The translations under genes were made by a program, and so were the position numbers. Of a stretch of DNA of 64,000 bases, positions 32,752 to 43,785 are shown piece after piece. How positions within the stretch are numbered: the first letter of the stretch is position 1; every line of letters starts with the position of its first letter. Origin of the DNA: Devosia sp. GTDB lineage: Bacteria > Pseudomonadota > Alphaproteobacteria > Rhizobiales > Devosiaceae. The DNA lies in the NCBI GenBank assembly GCA_051959485.1, contig JBQCFF010000296.1:568-64567 (forward strand), read 5' to 3'. Under the pieces are notes generated by a model. It had not been told where the DNA came from and did no database searches. It worked only from the letters and a program-made list of their open reading frames with translations.

Positions 32752-32766
32752 ATATGTATGATATTT
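32752..32766. promoter_or_regulatory. Second copy of the FadR operator, upstream of the alpha-galactosidase
   Basis: ATATGTATGATATTT matches the reverse complement of the 30581 site (ATATGTACGACATAT) at 12/15. Confidence 0.6.
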
Positions 32767-33044
32767 CGGGTTTTCCGCAGCGGCGTCAACCGAGCGCCAG
32801 CGCCGAAAAACGTGCAAAACCACGGCTCCTGCCCTGCCGCCCGACGCCTGCATTTCCTGAAACCGCGGCGAAGAACGATGTGCTTCGCAAGAACACAGGC
32901 CATCTGGTCCGCGGGCCGCATGATGATCGGCGTAGCGCTGTCGAGGCAATTGGGGGTATTGTACTGCTACCTCGGCGGCGAGCGGCTCCGCACTTCTGTC
33001 TACACGGCCACGCGCTTGCCACCACACGAGAAGGGCAGCAGTCA

Positions 33045-34115
33045 ATGGCACTGCACGGGTCCGACTCATCTAAGTTTGCGCTCGGCGGAATACTTGTCGC
33101 CGCTGCGCTGGCCTTCGGCATCCTGTTCGGCCAGGTGCAGGCGGGCCCCCATGCCCTCGATACCCCGCCGCAACTGCTGTCGGAGACCGGACTGTACGCC
33201 GATCCGGGCAGCCTCACCGTCGACCCGCGCAACCTCTCGTTCTCGCCGCAATATCCGCTCTGGACCGATGGCGCGGCGAAGAGCCGATGGATCCGGCTGC
33301 CGCCGGGAAAGACGATCGACGGGTCCGACCCCGATGCCTGGACCTTCCCGATCGGCACGCGGTTCTGGAAGCAGTTCAGCTTCGGCGGCCAGCCCGTCGA
33401 GACGCGCTACATGGAACTGCAAGCCAACGGGCACTGGCTCTATGCGGCATACCAGTGGACCCCGGACGGGCGCGATGCGGTGCTGGTCGGCGAGCGGGGC
33501 CGCCACAATGCCTTCCCTCTCGGCAACGGGCTGTTCCACGACATCCCCAGCACCTCAGACTGCAAGGTCTGCCACCAGGGCGGACCGGCCGAGGTGCTCG
33601 GGTTCAGTACGCTGCAGCTGTCGCCGGCGGTCGACCACGCGGCCCTGCATGCCGCCACCAGCGCCTCGGGCATCAAGCTCGACTACCTCATCAGTCATGG
33701 GCTGATCACCGGGTATGAAGGCTGGCCCTCCCAGGCCCCGGTGATCGCCGCGACATCCGAAGCCGAACGCCTGGCGCTGGGCTACCTGCATGGCAACTGC
33801 GGCCAGTGCCACAACAGCCGGTCGGCCCTGGCCAATCTCGGGATGCACCTGCGGCAGGAGTTGCTGAAGCCGCCGGGAGACGTGCTTGCCACACTGGCCG
33901 GCCAACCGGTGAAGAAGAGTGCGCCGGGACAATCGGCCGACGCCGTCGACCGGATCGACCCCGGACATCCCGAACGCAGTGCGCTGCTGCAGCGGTTGTC
34001 GTCGCGCTACCCCGCCCTGCAGATGCCGCCGCTCGGCACGGTGATGGTCGATGACGAGGCGGTCGCCGTGTTCAGGAAATGGATTGCCGAGCTCAACGCC
34101 GATGAGGGCCAATGA
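33045..34115 (+). CDS. Exported diheme c-type cytochrome (SO2930/HNE_0200-like)
   Basis: N-terminal hydrophobic segment; LSETGLY, LWTDGA.K.RWI.LP, FP.GT...K.F, VETR; CKVCH and CGQCH heme motifs; C-terminal MPPLG. Confidence 0.75.
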   Translation: MALHGSDSSKFALGGILVAAALAFGILFGQVQAGPHALDTPPQLLSETGLYADPGSLTVDPRNLSFSPQYPLWTDGAAKSRWIRLPPGKTIDGSDPDAWTFPIGTRFWKQFSFGGQPVETRYMELQANGHWLYAAYQWTPDGRDAVLVGERGRHNAFPLGNGLFHDIPSTSDCKVCHQGGPAEVLGFSTLQLSPAVDHAALHAATSASGIKLDYLISHGLITGYEGWPSQAPVIAATSEAERLALGYLHGNCGQCHNSRSALANLGMHLRQELLKPPGDVLATLAGQPVKKSAPGQSADAVDRIDPGHPERSALLQRLSSRYPALQMPPLGTVMVDDEAVAVFRKWIAELNADEGQ

Positions 34116-34137
34116 CGGCCAATAAGGGAGGACTACG

Positions 34138-34680
34138 ATGAAGCATTACGTATTCGGACTTGCACTCCTGTTGCCGATGGTCGGCACGGTTGCCGCGCAG
34201 GAGGCGGCCAACCCGGACCAGGTCAAGCGGGGCGAGTACCTGGTGACCGCCATGGGCTGCAACGACTGTCACACGCCCCTGATGATGGGGGCCAATGGTC
34301 CGGAGCCGGACATGAGCCGGATGCTCTCCGGCCATCCGCAGGACATCAAGATCACGGCCCCGGCAAGCTTGTCCGAGCCCTGGGGATCGGCGGCCTCGCT
34401 GACCAATACCGCTCATTCCGGCCCGTGGGGCGTCAGCTTCACGGCGAACCTGACTCCGGATCCGGAATACGGGGTGCTGCGCGACTATACCGAGGCCCAG
34501 TTCCTGCAGATGATGCGGACGGGCCGCAAGCAGGGACAGGGTCGCGCGATCCTGCCGCCGATGCCGTGGCAGCCGTTCGGCCACCTGAACGACGACGACC
34601 TCAAGGCGATCTTCGCCTACCTCAAGCAGATTCCGCCGATCAAGAACAAGGTGCCCGACCCGCTCCCGCCGCCGAAATAA
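34138..34680 (+). CDS. Periplasmic monoheme cytochrome c
   Basis: Signal peptide, RGEYLV..GCNDCHTP, GPWG...ANLTPD..G, PPMPW (Met ligand), DDLKAIFAYLK; RBS GGGAGGA. Confidence 0.88.
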   Translation: MKHYVFGLALLLPMVGTVAAQEAANPDQVKRGEYLVTAMGCNDCHTPLMMGANGPEPDMSRMLSGHPQDIKITAPASLSEPWGSAASLTNTAHSGPWGVSFTANLTPDPEYGVLRDYTEAQFLQMMRTGRKQGQGRAILPPMPWQPFGHLNDDDLKAIFAYLKQIPPIKNKVPDPLPPPK

Positions 34681-34799
34681 GCGATCACGCGGCGCGCTCG
34701 GGAAGGGCGCTCGAATTCTACTGTGTAGCCTGCAGCAGGATCGCCGGCCCGTGGGTCGGCGATCTTCGGGCTGCCTTGCGCCTTGATCGGCTACAGCGG

Positions 34800-35237
34800 C
34801 TACCCTTTCGGCGACCTGATCTTCCAGATGCCGCTGGCTGTGCCGATCAGTCGATCGCCGCTGGTGAGGGTGCCGCGCATGAAAACCAGGGTCCTGGTGC
34901 GGCGCAGCACCTCGCAATCGATCACGATCAGGTCACCGATATGGCCGGAATCGATGAAGTCGAACGTCATCGTCGCCGTGGCCTGCGCCGCGATGGTCGG
35001 ATCGACGGAGCGCGAGGCATAGCCCAGGGAGCGATCGGCAAATGTCATCAGCATGCCGCCCTGCACGTTGCCGTTGCGGTTGCGGTGCTTGTCCTCGGCC
35101 ACGAAAGCGAAGCGACGCTCCGGGCGTTCGGGCGAAATCCACAACGGCCCGACCAGGCCGATAAACCCGGAATCCTCCATCACCGTCCACCCTGCCGCGC
35201 GCAGCTCCTCCGCGCGGCTCGGCACTTCAGTCGTCAT
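34800..35237 (-). CDS. PaaI family (hotdog-fold) thioesterase
   Basis: [23 protein letters not shown]. Confidence 0.88.
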   Translation of the reverse strand: MTTEVPSRAEELRAAGWTVMEDSGFIGLVGPLWISPERPERRFAFVAEDKHRNRNGNVQGGMLMTFADRSLGYASRSVDPTIAAQATATMTFDFIDSGHIGDLIVIDCEVLRRTRTLVFMRGTLTSGDRLIGTASGIWKIRSPKG

Positions 35238-36781
35238 CGCAGCCTCCAGGATCGTGTGGTGACGGTACCCCTGCCGACCCGACTGTCAATTTCGACGCCG
35301 ATCGCCATGTACTTGGTTTCGAGATAGCTCTCGGTTCCGTATTTGGAGCCTTCGCGGCCCATTCCGGATTGCTTGACCCCGCCGAAGGGCGCGAGCTCGG
35401 TGGAAATGAGGCCGGTATTGATGCCGACCATGCCGCACTCGAGCGCCTCGGCCACGCTGAACGCCTTGCTGAGGTCGCGGGTGTAGAAATACGCGGCAAG
35501 GCCATACTCGGTGGCGTTGGCCTGCGCGATCGCGTCCTCGGCGCTGTCGAAGCGGAACAGCGGCGCGACCGGCCCGAAGGTCTCCTCGTGCGCAAGCTTC
35601 ATTTCGGCCGTGGCACCGGTCAGCACAGTCGGGGTGTAGAACAGTCCGCCCTGCGGATCGCGGTGTCCGCCCACCAGCACCCGCCCGCCGCGGCCGACCG
35701 CATCGGCGACGTGCTCCTCCACCTTGGCCAGCGCGGCCGCGTCGATCAGCGGCCCCATGTTGATGCCGTCGGCGAAGCCGTCCCCGACCCTGAGGCCGGC
35801 AACGCGCGCCGCGAGCTTCTCGGCGAAGGCGTCATAGACTCCCGCCTGCACGTAGAGGCGGTTGGCACACACGCAGGTCTGGCCGTTGTTGCGGTATTTC
35901 GAGGCAATGGCGCCTTCCACCGCCGCATCGAGGTCGGCGTCGTCGAAGACGATGAACGGCGCATTGCCGCCGAGCTCGAGGCTGATCTTCTTGATCTGCT
36001 CGGCGCATTGCCGCATCAGCAGGCGCCCTACCCCCGTCGAGCCGGTGAAGGTGATCTTGCGCACTTTGGGGTTGCCGGTCAGCTCGCCGCCGATCTCGCT
36101 GCTCCGCTTGCCGGTGACGACGCTGAACACGCCGCTCGGCACCCCGGCGCGTTCGGCCAGTACGGCGAGCGCCAGCGTCGAGAGCGGCGTCTGCGCCGCG
36201 GGCTTGGCCACCATGGTGCAGCCGACCGCCAGCGCCGGCGCCATCTTGCGGGCGATCATGGCGTTGGGGAAGTTCCAGGGCGTTATTGCCCCCACGACCC
36301 CGATCGGCTGCTTGATGACCATGATGCGGGTGTCGCCGCGATGGCCCGGTATGGTGTCGCCATAGACGCGCTTGGCCTCCTCGGCGAACCACTCGATATA
36401 CGAGGCGCCATAGAGGACCTCGCCCTTCGCTTCGGCGAGCGGCTTGCCCATCTCGGCGGTCAGGATCGCGGCCAGATCGTCGGCATTGGCCACCGTGAGA
36501 TCGTGGAGCCGGCGCAGGATCGTGCTCCGCTCCTTGCCCGTGAGCGCGGCCCAGGCCGGCTGCGCGAGATGCGCTGCGTCGATTGCCCGGGCCGTCTCGG
36601 CCGCGCCCAGATCGGGGAGCAGCGCCAGTTGCTCACCCGTCGACGGGTTGGTCACCGGAAAGCTCCGGCCGGCATCGGCGGCGCTGATCCATTCGCCGCC
36701 CACCAGCGCCCTGTCGACCAGCAGGCTCGGGTCTCGCAGGCGCGCGGCGAGGGTGCTGGCTGAGCTCATCTTGGTCTCCAT
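35234..36781 (-). CDS. gabD: NAD(P)-dependent succinate-semialdehyde dehydrogenase
   Basis: [66 protein letters not shown]. Confidence 0.88.
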   Translation of the reverse strand: METKMSSASTLAARLRDPSLLVDRALVGGEWISAADAGRSFPVTNPSTGEQLALLPDLGAAETARAIDAAHLAQPAWAALTGKERSTILRRLHDLTVANADDLAAILTAEMGKPLAEAKGEVLYGASYIEWFAEEAKRVYGDTIPGHRGDTRIMVIKQPIGVVGAITPWNFPNAMIARKMAPALAVGCTMVAKPAAQTPLSTLALAVLAERAGVPSGVFSVVTGKRSSEIGGELTGNPKVRKITFTGSTGVGRLLMRQCAEQIKKISLELGGNAPFIVFDDADLDAAVEGAIASKYRNNGQTCVCANRLYVQAGVYDAFAEKLAARVAGLRVGDGFADGINMGPLIDAAALAKVEEHVADAVGRGGRVLVGGHRDPQGGLFYTPTVLTGATAEMKLAHEETFGPVAPLFRFDSAEDAIAQANATEYGLAAYFYTRDLSKAFSVAEALECGMVGINTGLISTELAPFGGVKQSGMGREGSKYGTESYLETKYMAIGVEIDSRVGRGTVTTRSWRLR

Positions 36782-36809
36782 GGGTATGATGCGTGCGCGT
36801 CGGGGCAGC

Positions 36810-38513
36810 TCATGCCCAGTTTCGCGCCTTCGAGGTGTGGCCGATGCCGGGGTTCATCGTGTTGGTCGGATCGAGCGAACGGTAGAAATCCGCCAGCGCC
36901 GGCTTGGCGGCATAGATGTGGCCGACATTGTGTTCCGACGGGAACTCGACGCGCCGCTGCTCGAGATGCGCCATGATCCGCTGCTTGACCGCCTTGCTGT
37001 CATGGCCCTTGCCGACGATGTAGTCGTAGTGGAACACCTGGCAGAAGAAGTGGCCGCAGCGAAGCCGACCGACCAGCGCGCCTTCGATCTCCGGCGGGAT
37101 GGAATCGCGCCAGTCGAGCGTGTTGCGCGGCATTGCCATGTCGAAAGCCACGATGCCCTCGACGGTGTTCGAATGCACCGCCCGATAGCGCGTCGCGGCG
37201 CCGCCGATGGCATAGCGGTGGCGGAAGGCTGCCGCGGCCTCCTGAGCATCGCACGCGAAGAAGCTGCCGGTGGCGGACGGAAAAACCTCGCGTAGATAGG
37301 CCCGGGCCTCTTCGATGCCCCCGCCCTCCATGCGCAGCAGGATGTGGTGCTCGTAGGTGTCGCGGAAAGCGTTCATGCGCTTGGGCAGGTGATCGGGCAG
37401 CAGGCCGGTGATCAGTTGCAGCAGCCGGTCCGAAAGGTTGGCGCCGAGCCCGAGCCGCGCCGCGAGCACATCGAAGCGGCTCTTGATGGCGAAGGCCTTG
37501 GAGATGTGGTGCGTCCCCACGTGCCGGAGAAACAGGTAGAGATCCTTGCCGTAGCGCCGGGCCAGGTCATAGGCGTCCCGATGCAGGTATTCGCCCGCGA
37601 CGGGCGGGCTGCGGAAGGTCGTGAGCATGTGGCGCCGCAGCCGGGTCAGCTCCATGTGGTCGTTGGAGCCGATATAGAAGACCTGCGACGGCCCCGAGCT
37701 GGGGAAGGTGTCGAGGCGGACGGCAAACACGCAGAGCTTGCCGGCCGAACCCGCCGCTTCGAACAGCAGGCGGGGATCGTTGTTGTACCGGGCCGGCAGC
37801 GGTGAATCGACATCGCGAACGATGCTGCCGTAGTCGGGGTCCGAGGCGAGGACGCCCAGATCGTGCCGGATGTCCTCGGCGCTGTAGTCACCGCGATCCA
37901 GCCGGCCCAGGATGACCTCGGGGTCCTCGCCCAGGTCGATGCCGAGGTGATTGACCAGCGACACGCCGCCAGCCGCGTCCACTCGCGCAAACAGCGCCAG
38001 CTGGGTATAGGCCGGCCCGCGCCGCAGCAGCGCGCCGCCCGAATTGTTGCAGACGCCGCCGACGACGGAGGCGCCGATGGAGGTTGAGCCGATCACCGAG
38101 TGCGGCTCGCGGCCGAGCGGACGAATCCTGCGCTCCAGCGCGTGCAGCGTGGCGCCGGGGAGGCACAGGACCTGTGCACCACCGGCCAGCAGGTCGATCC
38201 GGTCAATGCGCATGGTGTTGATGATCACCACCTCGCGGTCGTAGCTGTCGTCGTAAGGCGTGGCGCCCCCGGTGAGGCTGGTATTTGCCGCCTGCATGAT
38301 GACGATCCGGCCTGCCTCGACAGCCGCCTTCAGCACCCGCCATTGCTGGACCAGCGTGCCGGGACGGACCACCGACAGCACCTTGCCCTGGCCGTAGCGG
38401 TAGCCTTTGCGGAAGCGCTGGGTGTCGCGATCCGCGGTCAGCACGTTGCCGGCACCGACGATGTCGCGGAACTGGGAAAGCAGCGCCTCGCTGCCCGGGA
38501 CGACGTCTTTCAT
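36810..38513 (-). CDS. dld: Quinone-dependent D-lactate dehydrogenase (FAD)
   Basis: [37 protein letters not shown]...[35 protein letters not shown]. Confidence 0.88.
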   Translation of the reverse strand: MKDVVPGSEALLSQFRDIVGAGNVLTADRDTQRFRKGYRYGQGKVLSVVRPGTLVQQWRVLKAAVEAGRIVIMQAANTSLTGGATPYDDSYDREVVIINTMRIDRIDLLAGGAQVLCLPGATLHALERRIRPLGREPHSVIGSTSIGASVVGGVCNNSGGALLRRGPAYTQLALFARVDAAGGVSLVNHLGIDLGEDPEVILGRLDRGDYSAEDIRHDLGVLASDPDYGSIVRDVDSPLPARYNNDPRLLFEAAGSAGKLCVFAVRLDTFPSSGPSQVFYIGSNDHMELTRLRRHMLTTFRSPPVAGEYLHRDAYDLARRYGKDLYLFLRHVGTHHISKAFAIKSRFDVLAARLGLGANLSDRLLQLITGLLPDHLPKRMNAFRDTYEHHILLRMEGGGIEEARAYLREVFPSATGSFFACDAQEAAAAFRHRYAIGGAATRYRAVHSNTVEGIVAFDMAMPRNTLDWRDSIPPEIEGALVGRLRCGHFFCQVFHYDYIVGKGHDSKAVKQRIMAHLEQRRVEFPSEHNVGHIYAAKPALADFYRSLDPTNTMNPGIGHTSKARNWA

Positions 38514-38518
38514 GATGG

Positions 38519-40021
38519 TCAGGTCCGCCGCGGAATGGTGGAGTCGAACCACCGCTTGCTGGCCCGGGACGTATCGACGGCGACGTGCATGTGCTTGAGC
38601 TCGGTCCAGGCCAGCAGCCCTTCGAGCCCGAACTCCCGCCCGATCCCCGACTGCCGGTAGCCGCCGAACGGGTATTTCGGGTTGAGCAGGTGATAGTCGT
38701 TGATCCAGACGGTGCCGGCCCTGAGCCGATGCCCGAGCTCTATCGCCGCGGTCGGAGGCCCCCAGACCGCGCCGGCGAGGCCGTAGATCGTGTCGTTGGC
38801 GATCGCGACGGCTTCGTCCACGTCGTCATAGGCGAGCACCGACAGCACGGGGCCGAAGATTTCCTCCTGCGCCACCCGCATCCTCGAGGTCACCCCGGTA
38901 AGCAGCGTCGGGGCAAAGAAGCTGCCGCCGGCAAGGTCGCCGCCAATACGGGCTCCGCCTGCGGCCACGCTGGCTCCCTCGGCGGTGCCGATCTCGACAT
39001 AGCCCGCTACCCGCGCGAGCTGTCTTCCATTGATCAACGGGCCGATATTGGTCGCCTTGTCGGCCGGATTGCCCACCGCGAGAGCCGACATCCGCTCGAC
39101 CAGCCGCGAGACGATTTCGTCGTGAAGGGCGCGTGGCACCAGCAGCCGCGTTCCGGCCTCGCAGGCCTGGCCGGCATGATAGAAAGCGGCATAGAGTGCG
39201 CCGTCGATGGCGAGGTCCAGGTCGGCGCCATCGAGCAGCACCTGAGCGCTCTTGCCGCCCAGTTCGAGGGTCACCCTCTTCAGCGTGCCGGCCGCCAGCC
39301 CCATGACCCGCTTGCCCACCTCAACCGAGCCGGTGAACGACACCTTGTCGACGCCCGGATGGAGCACCAGCGCTTCTCCCGCGGTGGGACCTTCGCCGGG
39401 CAGCACGCTGACGATGCCGGGCGGCACGCCTGCTGCCTGAACGATTTCGGCGAGCAGCAGCGCCGAGAGCGGAGCTTCGAGGGCCGGCTTCAGCACCACG
39501 GCATTGCCGGCTGCCAGTCCCATGGACAGCTTCCAGCAGGCCATGAGGAACGGGAAGTTCCACGGGACGATGGCGGCGACGACGCCGATCGGCTCGCGCC
39601 TGATGTAGTTGTAGGACGGTCCGGGCCGCAGGGTCTGTGGCAGCGGCACGGCGTCCTCGAGCCGCGGGGCGAGTTCGGCCATGGTGCGAAACCAGTAGGC
39701 GCCCGACGCCACGTCGGCCCGGGCCTTGGCGAGAGTCGAGCCGCCGTCCGCCACCTCCAGCGCCACGATCTCGTCGGCCCGGCGCTTGATGCCGTCGGCG
39801 ATGGCGTTGAGGACCTGCGCCCGGCCGGCGGCCGTCGAACTCGACCACGGGCCGCGATCGACCGCCTCGCGGGCCAGGGCGACGGCCATGTCGACGTCGG
39901 CCCCGGTCGCCGTCGCCACCGTGCCGATGGCCTCGCCGGTTGCCGGGTTGCGGCACGCGATGGCGGTTGCGTCCGGGGCCTCGCGGAACTCTCCGCCGAG
40001 AAAGAGCCGATGATGTTGCAC
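38519..40021 (-). CDS. Aldehyde dehydrogenase family protein
   Basis: PWNFP, FTGS, LELGGKS, AGQAC (catalytic Cys), EEIFGPV, PFGG.RQSG.GRE. Confidence 0.93.
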   Translation of the reverse strand: MQHHRLFLGGEFREAPDATAIACRNPATGEAIGTVATATGADVDMAVALAREAVDRGPWSSSTAAGRAQVLNAIADGIKRRADEIVALEVADGGSTLAKARADVASGAYWFRTMAELAPRLEDAVPLPQTLRPGPSYNYIRREPIGVVAAIVPWNFPFLMACWKLSMGLAAGNAVVLKPALEAPLSALLLAEIVQAAGVPPGIVSVLPGEGPTAGEALVLHPGVDKVSFTGSVEVGKRVMGLAAGTLKRVTLELGGKSAQVLLDGADLDLAIDGALYAAFYHAGQACEAGTRLLVPRALHDEIVSRLVERMSALAVGNPADKATNIGPLINGRQLARVAGYVEIGTAEGASVAAGGARIGGDLAGGSFFAPTLLTGVTSRMRVAQEEIFGPVLSVLAYDDVDEAVAIANDTIYGLAGAVWGPPTAAIELGHRLRAGTVWINDYHLLNPKYPFGGYRQSGIGREFGLEGLLAWTELKHMHVAVDTSRASKRWFDSTIPRRT

Positions 40022-40032
40022 TGCCGCCTGCC

Positions 40033-41256
40033 CTACTCTGGCATGGCCATGGTTTCGGTCTCGGTGACCGGGAACCGGGCGTCGCTCACGGCAATCTGGT
40101 TGAGCGGGTGCGCCCGCGCCTTTTCACGCCGCCGCAGCCGGTTCGCATAGGCCGGCGGCAGCACCCCGTAGGGATCGGGCAGGCCGAGCTCGAGCGCGGC
40201 GCGCGCCGGCCAGTCGCCCTGCAGCAGCAGCTCGCGCGCCAGCGCGACGATGTCGGCGTGGCCGCGGCTGATGATCGCCTCGGCCTGCTGGGGATCGCTG
40301 ATCATGCCAACCGCCGCCGTCATCAGGCCGGTGTCGCGCTTGATCTGGCTCGCATAGGGCACGTGGTGGCCGGCGATCCACGGCACCACCGGCATGGTCG
40401 TCTTGCCCTGGATGCCGCCCGACGAGCAGTCGATCACGTCGACGCCGCGCTCCTTGAGTGCGGCGGCAAGCGCCAGCGTATCGTCGAACCCCCACTTGCC
40501 GCCCTTGCCGTCGATGCTCGATACGCGGAAGAACAGCGGCCGATCGGCGGGCCAGGCGTCGCGGACGCGCTCCGTCACCTCGAGCGCGAAGCGCATGCGC
40601 CCCTGGCGGTCGCCGCCATAGGCGTCGGTACGGTGGTTCGTCAGCGGCGACAGGAACTGATGGATCAGGTAGCCGTGCGCGCCGTGCACCTCGACGATGT
40701 CGAAGCCGGCGTCGAGGCTGCGCAGCGTCGCCTCGACGAAGGCATCCTGCACGACGCGGATATCATCACGGTCCATCGCCTTTGGCGGCGCGTGCTCGTC
40801 ATCCATGGCGATGGCGCTTGCCGACAGGCCCTGCCACGGCGCCTTGCCCCTGGCCGCATCCTCCTCCGTCAGCGGACGCCACTTTCCGCCGGGAGCGCGT
40901 TCCGACGAGGCCTTGTTGCCGGAGTGGCCGAGCTGGATGGCGGGCAGCGCCCCCTGGCTCTTGATGAAATCGGTGACGCGGCGATAGGCCGGGATCTGGG
41001 CGTCGTCCCAGATGCCGGCGCAGGAATAGGTCTTCCGGCCGCGCGCCTCGACCGCGGTCTCGTCACCGAACACGATGCCGGCCCCGCCCATGGCGAACCG
41101 GCCCAGGTGCGCCAGGTGCCAGTCGTTCGGCGCGCCGTCGTCCGACCGGTACTGGCACATCAGCGAGACCATGATGCGGTTCCGCGCGGTGACGCCGCGC
41201 AGCGGCAGCGGCTGGAACAGCGCCGGGATGGCGGGGGCTTCGGTGGTCTCGGTCAT
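40033..41256 (-). CDS. NADH:flavin oxidoreductase, Old Yellow Enzyme (YqjM/NamA-like)
   Basis: NRIMVSLMCQY, QLGHSG.KAS, HGAHGYL.HQFLSP..N.RTD.YG, LARELL. Confidence 0.9.
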   Translation of the reverse strand: MTETTEAPAIPALFQPLPLRGVTARNRIMVSLMCQYRSDDGAPNDWHLAHLGRFAMGGAGIVFGDETAVEARGRKTYSCAGIWDDAQIPAYRRVTDFIKSQGALPAIQLGHSGNKASSERAPGGKWRPLTEEDAARGKAPWQGLSASAIAMDDEHAPPKAMDRDDIRVVQDAFVEATLRSLDAGFDIVEVHGAHGYLIHQFLSPLTNHRTDAYGGDRQGRMRFALEVTERVRDAWPADRPLFFRVSSIDGKGGKWGFDDTLALAAALKERGVDVIDCSSGGIQGKTTMPVVPWIAGHHVPYASQIKRDTGLMTAAVGMISDPQQAEAIISRGHADIVALARELLLQGDWPARAALELGLPDPYGVLPPAYANRLRRREKARAHPLNQIAVSDARFPVTETETMAMPE

Positions 41257-42497
41257 TCCTCGTCTCTCCAAACCGGTTGTTCCGGATTTCCCGTGTTCAC
41301 GACCTTGACCTCGCGTTGATTGGAAAAGGTCTGCGCAGTGGTGATGGCGACCAGCGCCAGCGCCGCGCCGCTCGACCAGAAGACGCCGGCGATACCGACC
41401 CATGACGCGACCACGCCGGCAACGGTGGGGATGAAGATCTGGCCCAGCCGGTTGCCCGCGAGGCGCAGCGACACGATGGTGCCGCGCACGGGAAACGGCG
41501 TGATCTCGGCCATCCAGGCAAGGATCAGCGGCAGGCAGAGCCCGAGCGCGAACCCGGCGATGGTAATGGCGAAGCCCATCAGCCAGAGCGGCATCGGAAT
41601 GGGCAGGACGGCCATCGACAGGGCAGCGATGGCGACGCTCCAGACCATCAGCCGCGGACGCCCGAAGCGCATGATGAGGGCGTGGAAACTGAGGCGCGAC
41701 AGCATCGACGCGGCAGCCCGCAGGCTCAGCAGCATGCTGATCGTCGCCGCCTCGATGTGCCGTTCGGCGCCGAGCGCCGGCAGATAGACCAGCAGCAGGT
41801 CCATCGCGGAGAGAATGATGATGCTGGCGAACATCGCCGGCATCATGCCGCGGATCCTGAACAACGCGGCGATGCTGCCCGGTTTGCCCGAGGTGGAGCT
41901 CGCTTCCGGCCGCGGCGAGGACTTGATCGGCAGCGACAACAGGAGCGACGCCAGCGCAATTACCGTCGCCGCGATGAAGATCGCCTCGGTATGAGGAATG
42001 ATCGCATCGCCGCCGATCAGGCCGATGAGGAACGGGCTGAGCACCTGCCCCAGCGACACGAACATCGTGTAGTAGCCGAAGATGCGGTCGCGCTGTTCCG
42101 GCGGCCCCCATTTGGAGGCGAGGCTCTGCTCGCCCAGCATGCCGAGCACGTGCCCGAAGCCGAGCGCCATGTTGCAGAGCAGCAGCCCCGGCACGGTATC
42201 GCCGAAAAACAGCATGGCGACGGCCGAGAGCAGAACCAGGGCGCTGCCCAGAACCAGCGTCGGCCGCTCCCCATACCGGTCGGTGGCCCGTCCCGCCACG
42301 ATGCCGAAGACCATGGGGAACACGCTGAACGCCACCGCGAAGAGCGCCAACCAGGCCGGGTCGAGGTTGATCTCGATCGCCCGGTAGGACGTGTTGACCC
42401 GCAGCAGCAGGGTCGCCATCTGCGACAGCACGGCGTGCACGACGAGCAGCCAGAACCAGCCCTGCGAGAAGAGCTTGTATTTGGGCTGCTTCGTCAT
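41253..42497 (-). CDS. MFS transporter
   Basis: About 12 hydrophobic segments; GRATDRYGER motif A. Confidence 0.88.
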   Translation of the reverse strand: MTKQPKYKLFSQGWFWLLVVHAVLSQMATLLLRVNTSYRAIEINLDPAWLALFAVAFSVFPMVFGIVAGRATDRYGERPTLVLGSALVLLSAVAMLFFGDTVPGLLLCNMALGFGHVLGMLGEQSLASKWGPPEQRDRIFGYYTMFVSLGQVLSPFLIGLIGGDAIIPHTEAIFIAATVIALASLLLSLPIKSSPRPEASSTSGKPGSIAALFRIRGMMPAMFASIIILSAMDLLLVYLPALGAERHIEAATISMLLSLRAAASMLSRLSFHALIMRFGRPRLMVWSVAIAALSMAVLPIPMPLWLMGFAITIAGFALGLCLPLILAWMAEITPFPVRGTIVSLRLAGNRLGQIFIPTVAGVVASWVGIAGVFWSSGAALALVAITTAQTFSNQREVKVVNTGNPEQPVWRDEE

Positions 42498-42532
42498 GCC
42501 ACCTGGCTCCATGGCCGGTTTTCGCGGCTCGG

Positions 42533-43747
42533 CTAGAGCAGTGCGCCCCGCTCTCGCAGCGGCTGGAGGGTCGCGGCGTCGATGCCGAGCTCGTCGACCA
42601 GGATCTCGTTGGTGGCGTTGCCCAGCGACGGGCCGGTCCAGCGGATCGAGCCCGGCGTCTCCGACAGGCGGAACAGCACGTTGGGCATGCGCATGTCGCC
42701 CAGCTGCGGGTCCTTGACGGTGGTGACCATCTGCGTTGCCTTGATGTGGGGGTCTTCCATCATCTCGGCGACTTCGTAGATGGGCGCAAAGGTCACGTCG
42801 GCCTTCGCGGCCGCGGCCATCACCTCGTCTCGGGTGCGCGCCTTGATCCAGCTGCCCACCACCTCGTCGAGCAGGTCGTTGTGGTCGACGCGGCCGCGAC
42901 CGCTCGTGAACCACGGCTCGCTGACGAGATCGGGACGCCCGCACATCTCGATGATGCGCGCGGCGAGTTCGTTCGTCGCCGCCGAGACGCCGACCCACTT
43001 GCCGTCCTTGGTCGGATAGACGTTGCGCGGCGCGGTGTTGATCGAGCGATTGCCGGTGCGGGGCTCACGATAATTTTCGAGCTGGTCGGCGCGCACGATG
43101 GCAGCGCCCAGCGTCGACATCAGCGGCTCGAACACGCTGACGTCGATCACCTGGCCCTTGCCGCCCCGCGCATCGCGATTGTAGAGCGCCATGGTGATGG
43201 CGCCGACGAGGCTGATGCCGGCAACGTAGTCGGCCATGGCGAAGGGCGGCAAAGTCGGCGCACCGTCCGGATCACCGGTGAGCGAGGCGAAGCCCGACAT
43301 CGACTCGATGAGGGTACCGAAGGCAGGCCGAGAGGCGTAGGGGCCGCTCTGCCCGAAGCCGCTGAGGCGGGCGAAGATCAGGCCGGGATTGACCGCCGAC
43401 ATGACATCATAGCCCAGGCCCCACTTCTCGAACGTGCCCGGACGGAACCCCTCGACGACGACGTCGGCCGTCTTGACCAGTTCGAGGAAGATCTTGGCCG
43501 CATCGGGATCGCCGAGGTACATCGCGACGCTGCGCTTGTTCCGGCCGACCAGGCGCCACCAGATCGAGCTGTCCCCCTTGACGAAGCCCTGCCGGCGCAT
43601 CCCGTCGCCGCCGTTCGGGTGCTCGACCTTGATGATCTCGGCACCGAAATCGCCAAGGATCTGACACGCAGTGGGTCCCGCCACGACATTGGATGTCTCC
43701 AGGATCCTGATGCCGGCCAGTGGCCCCCTATTCTCGCCCGTAACCAT
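42533..43747 (-). CDS. CaiB/BaiF (class III) CoA-transferase
   Basis: PLAGIRILE..VAGP, GAEIIKVE, RNKRS, ADVVVE.FRPG, SGFGQSGP, catalytic D in MADYVAG. Confidence 0.93.
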   Translation of the reverse strand: MVTGENRGPLAGIRILETSNVVAGPTACQILGDFGAEIIKVEHPNGGDGMRRQGFVKGDSSIWWRLVGRNKRSVAMYLGDPDAAKIFLELVKTADVVVEGFRPGTFEKWGLGYDVMSAVNPGLIFARLSGFGQSGPYASRPAFGTLIESMSGFASLTGDPDGAPTLPPFAMADYVAGISLVGAITMALYNRDARGGKGQVIDVSVFEPLMSTLGAAIVRADQLENYREPRTGNRSINTAPRNVYPTKDGKWVGVSAATNELAARIIEMCGRPDLVSEPWFTSGRGRVDHNDLLDEVVGSWIKARTRDEVMAAAAKADVTFAPIYEVAEMMEDPHIKATQMVTTVKDPQLGDMRMPNVLFRLSETPGSIRWTGPSLGNATNEILVDELGIDAATLQPLRERGALL

Positions 43748-43785
43748 TAGTGTCCTCCGTAGGTCGGGCCAAAGCTAACCTCAAA

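Noticed and set aside
35234-35300. About 20-aa C-terminal extension of GabD, possible frameshift
   Set aside because: All catalytic motifs are intact and the stop overlaps the paaI start (ATGA), which fits normal coupling; no evidence of a pseudogene.
40033-42998. Apparent long fusion ORFs (692 aa OYE, 581 aa MFS)
   Set aside because: The extensions are off-frame read-throughs of upstream genes; real starts are at 41256 and about 42497.
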